DNA from: an uncultured Methanomicrobia archaeon
Lineage (GTDB): Archaea; Halobacteriota; Bog-38; Methanoflorentales; Methanoflorentaceae
Direction: 5' to 3'
DNA: 44,221 nt
Assembly: GCA_964355295.1 (NCBI GenBank)
Contig: CAYHCZ010000004.1
Coordinates: forward strand, 1-44,221
Below are positions 1 through 10,751 of the stretch, one piece after another. The position numbers and the translations under genes were made by a program. Every line of letters starts with the position of its first letter. The stretch's first letter is position 1. The notes below the pieces were generated by a model. That model made no database searches. It was not told the origin of the DNA and saw nothing but the letters and a program-made list of their open reading frames with translations.

Positions 1-101
1 CGTGCAATTCGAATTCCTCAGCTTTTTTTAAACAGAGGTAGTAGAGGACATTTGGCCTATAAAGCTTTCCTTTTAAAGATACGTCGCTTAACTATGCAGA
101 A

Positions 102-1106
102 TTAAGCGCGTTTCGCCGTTTGATAGACTTGAAGCAGCCTTTTGCTTAGTACGCTGACATCGTGGATTTGAACGGTCTTTCGTGCGTTTTCGCCGAGCGC
201 TTTTGCAGCTGTTTTATGTTTCAGGAGTTCTTTGATTGCGCTTTCAAATCCATCAGTTGAAGTGAATTTGACACAATTTTGCCCGTCGACGAAGTCGCTA
301 TAAACGGATAGATCGCGCAAGATTAGAGGCAAGCTGCACGCAGCTGCTTCAAGAACAGCAATCCCTTGATTCTCTTCGTAGCTGGGAAAAACAAAGATTT
401 CACCTGCACTGAGAGCTTGGCAAATACTATTCACTCTACCGGTAAACAGTACATTTTTAGGAGCCGTTGTGATAACTTTTCTAGCAGCTCGGGGAAAAAA
501 CGGCCAGGTCACGATTCGCCCTGCCCACACAAACTGAAAATGCGGGAGTCGCTTAGCGACGGTGACGAAATCAACGATGCCTTTTCGTAAAAAAACTAAT
601 CCTACTGAGAGCACCACTGGTCGGTCGTCCAAAGCGTATTCCGCTTTAAATTCCGAGGCGCGCTTCTCATTGCAAACGTATAAGCTCGAATCAATGCCGT
701 TGCTGATAACTTCAATTCTACGCTTAATTTTGAGCGTTTTTATTAGCACGTCCTTAGTGTGGGTGGAAGGAACAATGCAGACGTCTGCTAGATTGTAGTA
801 GAGGTGCAGATACCCTTTTAAGCAGATACTGATCAAGTTAGCTGCAAAATAGCTGTTCGTAACATCTTGTGGCGTCGTGTGTGCGTGCAGTATCACTGTT
901 TTGTGCAATGCTTTGTGAAAGAGCACTAACAAAACTGCTATCGGTCCGAACGTGTGTGCGTGCAATACATCGCAAATCTTGAAAGCGTTTTTGTAAAAGC
1001 GCACTCCGTCTCGCTCCAGTAGTCTCAACATCCGCTTCGTATTTTCAATGCTTGTTAGGATACCGCTCTCGCCATACGTTCCATAAATCAGGTTGACGCT
1101 CAACAT
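102..1106 (-). CDS. Glycosyltransferase, GT-B fold (GT4-like)
   Basis: 334-aa ORF ending in TAA. The C-terminal half has the retaining GT4 pattern: VVLSVGLVFLRKGI, then FVFPSYEENQGIAVLEAAACSLPLILRD, an E-x7-E type block. Confidence 0.75.
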   Translation of the reverse strand: MLSVNLIYGTYGESGILTSIENTKRMLRLLERDGVRFYKNAFKICDVLHAHTFGPIAVLLVLFHKALHKTVILHAHTTPQDVTNSYFAANLISICLKGYLHLYYNLADVCIVPSTHTKDVLIKTLKIKRRIEVISNGIDSSLYVCNEKRASEFKAEYALDDRPVVLSVGLVFLRKGIVDFVTVAKRLPHFQFVWAGRIVTWPFFPRAARKVITTAPKNVLFTGRVNSICQALSAGEIFVFPSYEENQGIAVLEAAACSLPLILRDLSVYSDFVDGQNCVKFTSTDGFESAIKELLKHKTAAKALGENARKTVQIHDVSVLSKRLLQVYQTAKRA

Positions 1107-1142
1107 GTTGAATGCAGGTGTGCAACAGGTGCAAGAATCTAT

Positions 1143-3281
1143 TTAGTCCATCATACTGTCACTCAGAATATTGAGACTCCGCTTGACAAGTTCCAATGGG
1201 AGCGTAAGCGAATTATCGCTAATTATTATAGAGAGGCGCTCCTTACCGACAGTTCCAATCGAAGCGAATGGAACGTCTCGCGCCTCAAGTAAGGTCAGAA
1301 TGGAGCCGAGATCTCTGTTATTGACGGTCAAAATCGCTCTTCCAGACGTCTCGGAAAATAACTCGTTCTCTTCTGCGAGAACATGAGATAAGTCAACTCT
1401 CGCACCAAAACGTGCGCACATGTGTGCAAGCGCGATCAGAATACCCCCCCGTCCAACATCGTTAGCAGCAGAGATCTTCCCGGTTTCTATAGTCTCCACT
1501 AGTGCTTCAATGGTTTTCTTGATCTCCGTGCGTGGCTTAGGAGTGACGCCATCTATCCCAAACAGTTCAGCGAACTCTGATCCTCCATATTCTGGATAAG
1601 TTTCGCCTACCAGCACTATAGTGTCTCCTTCGCGGTTGAAAAAAGCTGAGGGGACTTTAGATACGTCCTTAAGAATTCCTACCATTCCGATTGAAGGTGT
1701 AGGGATTATAGCGGTGTGAAATTCTTCGCTTTCATTGTAGAGCGATACATTTCCACCAACGATGGGCGTCTCGATGATGCGTGCAGCGTGAGAAAGTCCG
1801 TTTACAGCTCGTTCAAGCTGGTAGAAGATTCCTTCTTTTTCTGGGTTGCCAAAGTTTAGACAATTGACAAACGCGACTGGTATCGCACCTTTAACCGCTA
1901 CATTCATTGCATTTTCTAAAACAGTTGCAGCAGCTCCATTAAATGGATCTAACGCTACTTGTGTAGGATTGCAGCCAGAGGATAACGCTATACCTAGAGA
2001 AGCGTCGATCGAGATGACTGCAGCTCCTTGGCCTGGTTTAACGATGGTCCGCGTTTGGACTTCGTGATCATATTGACTAAAAACCCACTCTTTTGAAGCG
2101 ATGTTTAAGGATGAAAGCACGCGCAGTGCCTTTTCTTGAAGCGTAGCGCTCTTGGCTTCGGGCTTTTTACTACGCGGGTATTCTCCAGGATACTCAGGTG
2201 TGCAAAGTGGCGCTCCGTCAGTGAGCAGTTTGATTGGTATATTCGCGACTATACATCCACGAAACTCAACGACATAATTCGGATCTTCGACGACTTCACC
2301 AATAACGGCACCGTTTAAATCGTACTTACTGGCAATAGCAAGCGCATCGTCAACGTGTTCCGGCGAAACCTCTAACACCATACGTTCTTGTGACTCTGAG
2401 ACTAATATTTCTCGAGGTGTCATTCCGGTCTCTCGCAACGGAATGGCGTCGAGCGTAATACGCCCGCCTAACGTTGAACACATCTCAGCAGAAGCGCCTG
2501 ATAAACCAGCAGCGCCTAGATCGCGACATGCCAGAACGTAACCTTGGTCGATCATTTCGAGAGTTGCATCGATAAGCAGTTTCTCTGTATAAGGGTCGCC
2601 AATTTGGACCGAAGGCCGATCAGATGCTTCTGCTTCTTCACTGAGATCGCGTGAAGCAAACGATGCGCCACCCAGGCCGTCACGGCCGGTAGATGATCCA
2701 ATAAGGATGATTTTACTGCCTATCTTTTTTACGTGAGCGGTAACGTGTTTTTCAACTTGGCAAAGGCCAACGCACACTACATTAACGAGTGGATTTCCAT
2801 CATAACTCGGATGAAAGAAGACTTCTCCGTTAACCACAGGCACACCTATGCAGTTGCCGTAGTCGCTTATGCCTTGAACGACATGCTCAAATAGGTACCG
2901 GTTCTTCTCTTTTTCTAGACTTCCGAAATAGAGGCAATCCATAAGGGCTATCGGCTGAGCTCCCATCGAAATTACATCACGAACAATCCCACCCACTCCA
3001 GTAGCAGCTCCATCGTATGGATCGACGTACGAAGGATGATTGTGACTTTCCATCGCTATTGCCAGAGCAAGGCCGTCGCTTAACTTGATAATAGCTGCAT
3101 CGTCACCAGGACCTACAACGACTATTTCTCCGTCGGAGGGCATTGTCTGCAAAAGCGGCTTGCTTGTTCGATAAGCGCAGTGCTCTGACCAGAGATTCTC
3201 AAATATAGCAACTTCGACTTCATTTAGTGGGCGACCAAGTGCTTCTGCAATTATTCGAGCGTCTGAGTCTTTCAGTACCAT
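1143..3281 (-). CDS. purL: Phosphoribosylformylglycinamidine synthase subunit II (FGAM synthase II)
   Basis: 712-aa ORF with PurL hallmarks: [26 protein letters not shown] and duplicated AIR-synthase-like halves. GGAG lies 8 nt upstream of the ATG at 3281. Confidence 0.95.
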   Translation of the reverse strand: MVLKDSDARIIAEALGRPLNEVEVAIFENLWSEHCAYRTSKPLLQTMPSDGEIVVVGPGDDAAIIKLSDGLALAIAMESHNHPSYVDPYDGAATGVGGIVRDVISMGAQPIALMDCLYFGSLEKEKNRYLFEHVVQGISDYGNCIGVPVVNGEVFFHPSYDGNPLVNVVCVGLCQVEKHVTAHVKKIGSKIILIGSSTGRDGLGGASFASRDLSEEAEASDRPSVQIGDPYTEKLLIDATLEMIDQGYVLACRDLGAAGLSGASAEMCSTLGGRITLDAIPLRETGMTPREILVSESQERMVLEVSPEHVDDALAIASKYDLNGAVIGEVVEDPNYVVEFRGCIVANIPIKLLTDGAPLCTPEYPGEYPRSKKPEAKSATLQEKALRVLSSLNIASKEWVFSQYDHEVQTRTIVKPGQGAAVISIDASLGIALSSGCNPTQVALDPFNGAAATVLENAMNVAVKGAIPVAFVNCLNFGNPEKEGIFYQLERAVNGLSHAARIIETPIVGGNVSLYNESEEFHTAIIPTPSIGMVGILKDVSKVPSAFFNREGDTIVLVGETYPEYGGSEFAELFGIDGVTPKPRTEIKKTIEALVETIETGKISAANDVGRGGILIALAHMCARFGARVDLSHVLAEENELFSETSGRAILTVNNRDLGSILTLLEARDVPFASIGTVGKERLSIIISDNSLTLPLELVKRSLNILSDSMMD

Positions 3282-3972
3282 CTCTGGTCTCCTATGGCTC
3301 CTTCATTAGTTAAACTTTAGCAATCCTTTTTTTATGTAATAGAATTCGTTCATAGTCGCTCATAGATGCAGCTGAACAGGCTTACGGCAAGCATTTATCT
3401 TAGTTGCATCTGATGGGATTAAATCACGGCTAGGCGCGTCTTTGACTAATAGCCTATCTAGAGCTGCGATCTCATTTATTAACCACGCCGAAGTCAATTC
3501 GGCGTTTATTAATTTAAAAGGAAGCATAGTTAAAAACTAGTACAATACTGATCGAGAGACTTCTTTTTGAACATCCGTAGACGGATTTTAATGTAGCAGA
3601 TGTCACGCGAGCATCCGAAATCTGGCATTAGTAATGAGAAGAAAAAGACTGTCAAATGTGTCTGATGAGCAAAATTGCACAGCAAGCGAGTATTTTTTAC
3701 GAGAACAACAACGCACGCGACAATGCGCTTAAGACTGTTTGGATTTAGCTCATTAGTTCATATGCTGAATATGCGACATTCGATACCGTCAACAGTTATA
3801 GGGGTGAATCTGATACCGGGGTGCTAGCGATAAAGCACAGCCAAAATGGGTCGCGCACCCCCCATCAGATTGCTCTGCGAGGCCAATTAACAAAAAGTCT
3901 ACTGGCTAATTTTTGATGCAAAAAGAAGACACAAGCGCAGATATGACGTCGGAAGCGCAAAAGAAGGGGATA

Positions 3973-4287
3973 TTACCCAAATAGGGCTCCCAGTCCTTCC
4001 ATCCCTGTTTCTTCTTCTTCCTCTTTCTCTTTCTCCTCTTCGACTTTCGCTTCTTCAATCTCTTCTTTGTGTTCAGAAGCGGCCGGTGCAGCTACAGCAG
4101 GTGTTCCGGTAAATGCCGCTTTAGATATGGCATCGTCTATATCAATGTCTTCCAGCGCTGCGATAAGTGCCTTGGTTCTCGCTTCATTCACTGTCGCGCC
4201 TGCTGCGTTAAGAACGTTCGTCACGCTCTCCTCAGTTACCTCTTTACCTGTTGCGTGCACAACTAGTGCTGCATATACATATTCCAT
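3973..4287 (-). CDS. rpl12: Ribosomal stalk protein P1 (L12e)
   Basis: 104 aa. Ala-rich N-terminal region, acidic [11 protein letters not shown] hinge and the stalk C-terminal peptide [10 protein letters not shown]. Last gene of the L11-L1-P0-P1 cluster. Confidence 0.95.
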   Translation of the reverse strand: MEYVYAALVVHATGKEVTEESVTNVLNAAGATVNEARTKALIAALEDIDIDDAISKAAFTGTPAVAAPAASEHKEEIEEAKVEEEKEKEEEEETGMEGLGALFG

Positions 4288-4322
4288 TTCGTTATCACCT
4301 TCTCTATATAATGACCTTTAAA

Positions 4323-5345
4323 TTATTCAAATAACGCCCCCAAACCGGCCATTCCCGATTCAGCGTCCTTCGTTTCGCTTGTCTCTTCTTCCTCTTGTGT
4401 TTGAGTCTCTTCCTCTGCCTGCTCGGTCTTAACTGACTGAGGTATAATCGTAGAGATGCCTTTTAAGGCGACGAGATCATCATCCAAGGCGTCTTTTGGA
4501 AGAGCATTAGCAAGCCACATTGCTACATTGTTTGCCCGTAAGAGTAGAATTTTCAGCGCTTCAGGCTCAAAGATTTCAGCTTCTAACGCGAGATTCATCC
4601 CTTCAAATGAACCTTTCTGAAGGAGCGTTACAACGGTTTGTGACGTTGGATATTCTACGTTAATCGACAGATTAAACGCACTTGAGATAGCCGATACAAA
4701 CTGGTTGAAGTAAGCTTGTTCGTCGATTTGCAGATCTTCAGAAGTATAAATAACTTCACCGTCGTATGCTGCCCGAAGGTACAAACCAACTTCCATGGGA
4801 TAGATTTCAAGGCGCTGAAGCACGTCAGCGAGCCGTGCACTTATAGGCTCACCCGTTTTAGCGACTGTTTTTGTCTCACGTATTACGATTTTACCTTTCT
4901 CGATGGCGGCGGGTATTCCAGCATTTTGGAGATCGCCAACTATCGGTCCAGGCCTGAAAGAAGTAGGTCCTTTATCGACGATTATATCTCGGGGTGCTTT
5001 CTCTCCCGCTTTTGCAGGTGCGGGGGTTCTACTGCTCTCAAGCAGCTTGAAAATCTTGAACGGATTAAGATTAGTAAAGATAAGGGCTGTTTGTCCTTCG
5101 ACATTCTCGAACAACTTTAGCGTCGACTCGCCCGATTGTTCTAGTGCGCGGTGAATGAGGGTATTCCGGGCCACTTGTATTTTAGCAACGTCCTTGAGTT
5201 CTGCTCGCATCGCTTGAAATTGGCGCGCAGGTATACCTTGGATACTGACCACTGCGACGACATCGTGCGTTTCGACGTCAGACTTAATGCGACTGACCTC
5301 CTCCTCCTTCCAAACTGGGCGGTGCACGTTTTCAGCTGCTGTCAT
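4323..5345 (-). CDS. rplP0: Ribosomal stalk protein P0 (uL10)
   Basis: 340 aa. uL10 N-terminal domain plus the archaeal P0 extension, ending in an acidic tail and GMAGLGALFE, the same peptide as P1. Lies directly after the rpl1 stop. Confidence 0.95.
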   Translation of the reverse strand: MTAAENVHRPVWKEEEVSRIKSDVETHDVVAVVSIQGIPARQFQAMRAELKDVAKIQVARNTLIHRALEQSGESTLKLFENVEGQTALIFTNLNPFKIFKLLESSRTPAPAKAGEKAPRDIIVDKGPTSFRPGPIVGDLQNAGIPAAIEKGKIVIRETKTVAKTGEPISARLADVLQRLEIYPMEVGLYLRAAYDGEVIYTSEDLQIDEQAYFNQFVSAISSAFNLSINVEYPTSQTVVTLLQKGSFEGMNLALEAEIFEPEALKILLLRANNVAMWLANALPKDALDDDLVALKGISTIIPQSVKTEQAEEETQTQEEEETSETKDAESGMAGLGALFE

Positions 5346-5987
5346 CTATATCAGCCTCACTGCAGGACCCATCGTCGTCTTTACGTAAACAGAGGCTATG
5401 TTCTGTGTTCCATTCTCAAGTTTTGATTCAATAGTACTAAGAAGTGCTTCAACATTTGCCGCAATGTCTTCGGCGCTCATGCTTAGATTTCCGACTAAAG
5501 CGTGAAACGTTGGCTTGTCTTTAGTGCGAATCTTCACTGTTCGCTTAAGTCTACTAATGATCGGTGTCGGATCGACGCTAGATGGTATGGGGTCGGGCAT
5601 TTTGCCTTTAGGACCGAGAATTGGCCCGAAACTTTTACCTATAGCGGGCATTAACGGGGCTTCTGCAACAAAAAAGTCAATATCTCTCGTCGTTGTTCTT
5701 ATGCTTTTCTTGTCGCCACTCATCTTGTCAATATCTTCAGGAGAAATGATGATATCCGCTCCGCTGCTTTGAGATTTGATGGCGAGGTCACCCTTAGCAA
5801 AAACGCCAATTTTTGTCTCTTTGCCTCGTCCTTTCGGCAGCACAATCGACTCGGTAATACGGTTCTTTGGCTGGCTTAAATCGATATTCTTTAGATTGAC
5901 AACAAGATCAACGCTCTCGGTAAACTTTCGCTTAGGCGCTGACTCAATGGCGTCATTAACAGCTCGAATAGTATTCTCGTTGACCAT
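5346..5987 (-). CDS. rpl1: Ribosomal protein uL1
   Basis: 213 aa, uL1-like throughout (VDLVVNLKNIDL..., GKMPDPIP...). Conserved position between rpl11 and P0. GGAGGG lies upstream of the ATG. Confidence 0.95.
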   Translation of the reverse strand: MVNENTIRAVNDAIESAPKRKFTESVDLVVNLKNIDLSQPKNRITESIVLPKGRGKETKIGVFAKGDLAIKSQSSGADIIISPEDIDKMSGDKKSIRTTTRDIDFFVAEAPLMPAIGKSFGPILGPKGKMPDPIPSSVDPTPIISRLKRTVKIRTKDKPTFHALVGNLSMSAEDIAANVEALLSTIESKLENGTQNIASVYVKTTMGPAVRLI

Positions 5988-5994
5988 ATTCCCT

Positions 5995-6031
5995 CCGTAG
6001 TATCGTCGACCACGCTTGTAATCTCCTACGG
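5995..6031 (-). promoter_or_regulatory. Stem-loop in the rpl1 leader that overlaps the Shine-Dalgarno site (possible L1 autoregulatory site)
   Basis: On the minus strand, ccgtag (6031-6026) pairs with ctacgg (6000-5995) around a 25-nt loop. The 3' arm runs into the GGAGGG site just before the ATG at 5987. The function is inferred only. Confidence 0.3.
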
Positions 6032-6074
6032 TACATTCTCAAGATGGAGTAACCTTACTTCAATCTTTCGCCGT

Positions 6075-6560
6075 CTAAGAACCCTCAGCAAATAGACCTG
6101 TATATTCGCCGGCATCAATAGCACGTTGAATATCCTTTGCAGGTTGTTCATCGACAGTAACACCCATTGAAACACAAGTGCCAAGGATCTCTTTAACTGT
6201 GTTTTTCAGCTCGTATGAAAGTGATTTCGGCTGTTTCAGCTTTGCAATCTTGATTACTTGAGTCACGTTGATGTTGCCAACCTTGTCTTCTCCAGACGAT
6301 CCTTTCTCTATACCTGCTTCTATGAGGATAAGGGCTGATGCTGGAGGTATACCTATTTCGAGCGTCACATTTTTTTTGTCGTCAACAATGACCTTAACCG
6401 GCACTTGCATGCCGTTATATGACCCCGTTTTTTCGTTAATATCGTCAACAACCGACTTGATGTTTATTCCAAGTGGACCTAAAGCGGGTCCTATCGGCGG
6501 ACCGGGACTTGCTTTGCCTCCAGGGACTAATATCTCTATTATATCAACCATGTCATTCAC
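6075..6560 (-). CDS. rpl11: Ribosomal protein uL11
   Basis: 161 aa with the uL11 N-terminal signature [23 protein letters not shown]. Overlaps the spt5 stop by 8 nt. Confidence 0.95.
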   Translation of the reverse strand: MNDMVDIIEILVPGGKASPGPPIGPALGPLGINIKSVVDDINEKTGSYNGMQVPVKVIVDDKKNVTLEIGIPPASALILIEAGIEKGSSGEDKVGNINVTQVIKIAKLKQPKSLSYELKNTVKEILGTCVSMGVTVDEQPAKDIQRAIDAGEYTGLFAEGS

Positions 6561-7044
6561 GCTCCTCTTTACTCAGTACTCGCACGTTATCACCGCGCAC
6601 TGTAATAGGTATTGGAACCATTGCTTCGAAAAGTTCTACCGTGATCTCTTCACGGCGCTCGTCAATTCGCTTTACGCGGGCTCTTTCTCCTTTGAACGGC
6701 CCTGCAATGAGCTCAATGATGTCTCCATCTTCAATACCTGCTACCGCTGGTTTTGGCGTTAAGAAATGTTCGATCTCAGCAAATTTGGTATTTCCTTTTA
6801 CCACACCACGTGCATGCGGTATACCTTGAATAGCTTGCTCTACGGTTTCAAACGAGTTGGTCTCAACGAGCAAATATCCTTTAAGCTCTTTTGGCACTAG
6901 TATAGCGCGAATGTCATAGTTCTCCTTCTTAGCAGCAAGTGCAAGCAGGTTAGCTACTGCGCGTTCTTGATTCGCCGTGGTCTTTATGGCGTATATTGAA
7001 GATTCGAGCTCATCTTGCTCCTGACTGGACATTTTCCTCTCCAT
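6553..7044 (-). CDS. spt5: Transcription elongation factor Spt5 (NusG homologue)
   Basis: 163 aa. NGN domain followed by a KOW motif ([22 protein letters not shown]). Conserved secE-spt5-rpl11 gene order. Confidence 0.9.
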   Translation of the reverse strand: MERKMSSQEQDELESSIYAIKTTANQERAVANLLALAAKKENYDIRAILVPKELKGYLLVETNSFETVEQAIQGIPHARGVVKGNTKFAEIEHFLTPKPAVAGIEDGDIIELIAGPFKGERARVKRIDERREEITVELFEAMVPIPITVRGDNVRVLSKEERE

Positions 7045-7055
7045 TTGATAATATA

Positions 7056-7517
7056 TTAACTAGTGACTGACTGTGTAGTCGAAGTCCCTGTGTTATTCGC
7101 TACCGAGGTAATGCCACTCTTAGCCGTTACGTTGGTTATTTGCTGAATGACATTCTCTTCGCTGCTTGTTGACGGGCTTGCCGTCTTTTGCGTCGTGTTG
7201 GTCGCAGCAAAGCTCTGAGGTGCTTGTACCATAGCTAAATATATAAGAAAACCAGCCACTCCGATTATTATTATTCCTAGTGCAGCAACCTTTGCTATTG
7301 TTGAGAACTCCTCTCGCGTCGGCCTTCTTGTTAACGTTAAGATTCTCCGATACTCACCAAGCTTTCGCTCGATCGCCTTTCGAGAGAAACGACCTTCCGT
7401 TAAAGCCTCTTGTGGCTTCGAAAGTTTAGACGCAATACCCTCTCGTTTATTTTCTTTTTTGGGGGGTTCTCGTTGTTTCTCAGATTTGGACGAAGAAGTC
7501 CCCTGTTTTTTAACCAT
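7056..7517 (-). CDS. secE: Preprotein translocase subunit SecE (Sec61 gamma), unusually long form
   Basis: The core [42 protein letters not shown] matches SecE (amphipathic helix plus one TM). Conserved position between ftsZ and spt5. At 153 aa it has extra N- and C-terminal regions. Confidence 0.75.
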   Translation of the reverse strand: MVKKQGTSSSKSEKQREPPKKENKREGIASKLSKPQEALTEGRFSRKAIERKLGEYRRILTLTRRPTREEFSTIAKVAALGIIIIGVAGFLIYLAMVQAPQSFAATNTTQKTASPSTSSEENVIQQITNVTAKSGITSVANNTGTSTTQSVTS

Positions 7518-7643
7518 CGTACATTCACCGAACTAATGCAGCAAAAATGCGCAAAGTGAATTTTAGCGCCCGCGGCGACGCTTAATATCACCTTGCGTCT
7601 CGATAGTATAAATTTTTTTGTGGAGGAATGACTGTTGAGGCTT

Positions 7644-8753
7644 TTATTTAACGAAGTCTATCCCGTATCGTTGAGCCCCGGTTTTTATCTTGACTGCTTC
7701 ACTTTTACCATAGATCTGAGGTGATTTAACGCCCGTGACGATGAGCAACGTCCGCACCATGTGGTCCAGTTCGGGGTCGATCTGTGCACCCCAAATGATG
7801 CGCGCATCGGGATCGATCCGCTCATAAACTTCCTGTACGACTCCTTCTGCTTCAGTCACGGTCATATCAGTGCCTCCGATGACGTTGACTATGGCAGCAG
7901 TAGCACCTGAGATGTCGACGTCCAAAAGTGGACTTCTCAGGGCTTTCTTTACTGAGTCTACAGCTTTGTCCTCAGCATCCGACTCACCAAGCCCGATCAT
8001 TGCTACGCCACCTCTTTGCATAACTGTTCTGACGTCAGCGAAATCAAGGTTAATAAGCCCAGGTTTAGTAATAAGCTCGGTTATACCCTTAACAGCTCGC
8101 ATCAATACTTCGTCCGACACTTTGAATGCGGCTTGTAGTGGTAATCGAGGCACCACTTCTAAAAGTCGGTCGTTTGGCACGACTATAACCGTATCCGCCA
8201 TATCACGAAGCCGTTCGAGCCCTGCCTCGGCATTTGCCCTTCGCACCATGCCCTCTACACTAAACGGTAGTGTTACTATAGCGATTGTAAGAGCCCCAGC
8301 GTCTCGTGCTGCTTCTGCGATGACAGGCACTGCACCAGTTCCTGTTCCACCACCTAAACCGGCAGTTATAAACACCATGTCCGCCCCGGCAACGCTCGCG
8401 CGCAGTTCCTCTTGGCTTTCGAGAGCGGCTTCTTCCCCTATTTGGGGCAGTGAACCAGCACCGAGACCACGTGTTCGCTCTTTTCCTATCAGGATCTTCC
8501 GATCAGCTATCGTGCCCCGTAGGTGCTGAGCGTCCGTGTTGAGTGCGATCAGTTCGGCTCCTTCTATTCCCTCTTCCATCATCCGCGTTATTGTGTTAGA
8601 TCCAGCGCCGCCACATCCAACAACAATAATGTTGGTTTGTAGCGTTTTGAGCACTTCTTCGAGCTCTTGGTCAGCGGTATAGGATCGCTGCGGTGATTCG
8701 CTTTTTTCGTCGCTTGCGCCGCGTGCAAGCGCATCTTCAATTATGGACTTCAT
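7644..8753 (-). CDS. ftsZ: Cell division protein FtsZ
   Basis: Tubulin signature [17 protein letters not shown] and the NTDAQHL block. Start placed at ATG 8753 (MKSIIEDAL...), which has GGAGG 7 nt upstream. The ORF-track start at 8780 is the alternative. Confidence 0.93.
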   Translation of the reverse strand: MKSIIEDALARGASDEKSESPQRSYTADQELEEVLKTLQTNIIVVGCGGAGSNTITRMMEEGIEGAELIALNTDAQHLRGTIADRKILIGKERTRGLGAGSLPQIGEEAALESQEELRASVAGADMVFITAGLGGGTGTGAVPVIAEAARDAGALTIAIVTLPFSVEGMVRRANAEAGLERLRDMADTVIVVPNDRLLEVVPRLPLQAAFKVSDEVLMRAVKGITELITKPGLINLDFADVRTVMQRGGVAMIGLGESDAEDKAVDSVKKALRSPLLDVDISGATAAIVNVIGGTDMTVTEAEGVVQEVYERIDPDARIIWGAQIDPELDHMVRTLLIVTGVKSPQIYGKSEAVKIKTGAQRYGIDFVK

Positions 8754-8786
8754 GTCGTATCCTCCACATCCAGTCTTCAAAACATG

Positions 8787-10157
8787 TTAATGTTGCCCGA
8801 GTTTGTCAGCATCAGTGACATCAAATGCCTGTTTAACCTTCGTAAATACATCCTCGGGTTTAATTACCTTGCTATTTATTCTGATCGGCTCTCCGTGCGC
8901 TAGTTTCGCAAATAATGGCCCATCAGCCACGCCAAGCGATCGTGCTAATCGTGCGTTAAATTTGCGTTCGGATATATATAGTTTTGATTTTTGCTGAGAA
9001 TATTCAACCTCATATCGATTTTTCAGTATTTCCACACATCCAAGTAGTAGGGCGTTGTTAACATCCTGCAGGTTTAGTTCTGCAGGAATGAAGATAGCAA
9101 CGACGTTTCCGTCTTTACGTTCAAGGTATACTATTTTTTCGATTTCAATTAGGCGCTTAAAGGCTCCACTATCGACAGCGCGAGCCAGTTTAATTATTCC
9201 TAGGTTTAGATTAAGACGTTTGAATTCAAAGTAGTCCGTTGACAGAACACGGGCGGTGAGGGAGTCTAGCAAGGCCGCACTTACGCGTATACGTACTCCA
9301 TCCAATACAACACCGCTTAATCTCAACACGCGTCTAATTTTGAGGTATTGTTCCCATGAAATGTCGCCACGGCTCTCGATGTCGCCTTTTCTAAGTACCT
9401 CATAACCCAGCTCATGCACTACAGACAGCAAACGATTTTTTTCTGCACCCATTTGTTTTCGATCAAAGTACGCGAAGTGTGCCCGCGATCTCTCGAACGC
9501 CTCTTGAACGACTGTTGGCGACAAACGTTCCAGTTGATAGGATGCAAAAATATGCCCATAACAAATATCGGTTTCAAGAAGAACGTTAGTATGGCGCAGA
9601 GCGTAGTGCGGTCCCCCGAACCCGACTGCTGTCACGCACTGTAAGTTAAGAGTTAGTGAATCAAGCGAGAGAATAACCTGTGCCATTGTATCGCCAAGGT
9701 ATTCATCTGTCCATTCGGATTTTGAACTACCAATCTCCACGAAGAGTGACGGCGTGTCAATGGCGTAAGGACCGTGGTGAGTTACCTCGACGAGGACTTC
9801 GATTCTCGACAATTGTTTTAGCCGTTTTACTACAAGTTTTAAAGCACAAGGTGCAGCGCGCGCTAAGGCAGGACGTTGGGATCCTTCGATGTCACCAGTA
9901 AAGTGCGCTGTAAATACCGCTCCCTTTCGTTTCTCACTTTGGTGCCTAGATAAAAATATAAGCAAGTCAGCATTAATCTCTTGGTCCAACGCTTCTTGTT
10001 TGATTAGTCTACCTTTAGTTACCAGCAACTGAAAGTTACTATAGCTCCATTGAGCAGGCCCTTCTGAACATCGCACCCAGGGTACACGTTTAAGAAGATG
10101 ACGCGCTACATTTTGCGAGGCGTCGTCTATTTCTGAGCAGATAATCGCAACGTCCAT
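8787..10157 (-). CDS. dtdA: D-aminoacyl-tRNA deacylase, archaeal DTD2 type, long form
   Basis: The N-terminal ~270 aa carry DTD2-like blocks: MDVAIICSEIDDASQNVARHLL, VEVTHHGP and GFGGPHYA. An extra C-terminal region of about 170 aa has unknown role. Confidence 0.7.
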   Translation of the reverse strand: MDVAIICSEIDDASQNVARHLLKRVPWVRCSEGPAQWSYSNFQLLVTKGRLIKQEALDQEINADLLIFLSRHQSEKRKGAVFTAHFTGDIEGSQRPALARAAPCALKLVVKRLKQLSRIEVLVEVTHHGPYAIDTPSLFVEIGSSKSEWTDEYLGDTMAQVILSLDSLTLNLQCVTAVGFGGPHYALRHTNVLLETDICYGHIFASYQLERLSPTVVQEAFERSRAHFAYFDRKQMGAEKNRLLSVVHELGYEVLRKGDIESRGDISWEQYLKIRRVLRLSGVVLDGVRIRVSAALLDSLTARVLSTDYFEFKRLNLNLGIIKLARAVDSGAFKRLIEIEKIVYLERKDGNVVAIFIPAELNLQDVNNALLLGCVEILKNRYEVEYSQQKSKLYISERKFNARLARSLGVADGPLFAKLAHGEPIRINSKVIKPEDVFTKVKQAFDVTDADKLGQH

Positions 10158-10490
10158 GCACCACTATAATCGTAGGCGTACGCGATAAAGCTTTAGCGAT
10201 CGTGTACTTTGTGCTCTAATGCGCGTTTAATCAAGCTCTTTAAGTCAAATGAAAATACATATGAGCGCCTATCTAAGCGTTTAAAGCTTAGTCAGTGATG
10301 AGATCATATAGACTTTTTTTGTAGACGGGCCTTCATTAATGACCTGCACTCCGTATTGGTCGACCTTGCGTCTAGTGACAGACTTATACATCAACATGAA
10401 TGACCCGGATCATAGACGCATTAAGTCCTAAACCGTCTTTCTATCCTTCTACTGACGAATCCGTTCGCGCAGGGCATTCAAACATCACAT

Positions 10491-10498
10491 ATTTAAAT
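10491..10498 (+). promoter_or_regulatory. TATA box for the tRNA-Met gene
   Basis: ATTTAAAT is centred about 27 nt upstream of the mature tRNA 5' end at 10522, the usual archaeal TATA-to-start spacing. Confidence 0.5.
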
Positions 10499-10521
10499 GA
10501 ATAGCACTTATCAGAATCCAC

Positions 10522-10596
10522 AGCGGGGTGGGGTAGTCAGGAGATCCCGACGGGCTCATAACCCGTAGACCAGTGGTTCAAATCCACTCCCCGCTA
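10522..10596 (+). tRNA. tRNA-Met (CAT), initiator type
   Basis: Hand-folded 75-nt cloverleaf. Acceptor AGCGGGG/CCCCGCT, anticodon arm ACGGG-CTCATAA-CCCGT, T arm AGTGG-TTCAAAT-CCACT, discriminator A, no encoded CCA. The A1:U72 pair and three G:C pairs closing the anticodon loop are initiator hallmarks. Confidence 0.9.
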
Positions 10597-10751
10597 TTTA
10601 GTTGTAATTGGAGCGTTCTCCACTGTATTATTTGGTTTTTTAGTCCCATTAACTGCAGGATTTGCTTATTACTATCGCGCTGAAAATAAAAAATCAGCAT
10701 AATCGAAAAGTAAGGTTCAAAAAAGGCAGAATGTTGTAACGTCGCACTAAT

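Noticed and set aside
3376-3385. acaggcttac resembling the conserved ACAGNNNGGCUUA element of RNase P RNA
   Set aside because: The companion GGAAAGUCC element is absent on either strand within a plausible distance. The upstream sequence is purL coding DNA.
3662-3669. CUGAUGAG string suggesting a hammerhead ribozyme core or a C-box
   Set aside because: No CGAAAC/GAAA partner element and no stem II pairing follow. No D-box CUGA lies at C/D sRNA spacing.
7870-8529. 219-aa + strand ORF antisense to ftsZ, and similar antisense ORFs at 4716-5120, 6268-6762, 6473-6829, 18226-18546 and 40011-40349
   Set aside because: All lie entirely inside well-supported genes on the other strand. They have low-complexity Ser/Ala/Pro/Arg-rich translations and no motifs or ribosome-binding sites. 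This is typical of shadow ORFs.
10296-10302. GUGAUGA C-box-like motif upstream of the tRNA, as a possible C/D box sRNA
   Set aside because: No D' or D box (CUGA) at the right spacing, and no terminal stem.
10522-10751. tRNA-Met as an integration site for a mobile element
   Set aside because: I found no second copy of the tRNA 3' end elsewhere in the window and no integrase. The downstream genes are ordinary housekeeping genes.
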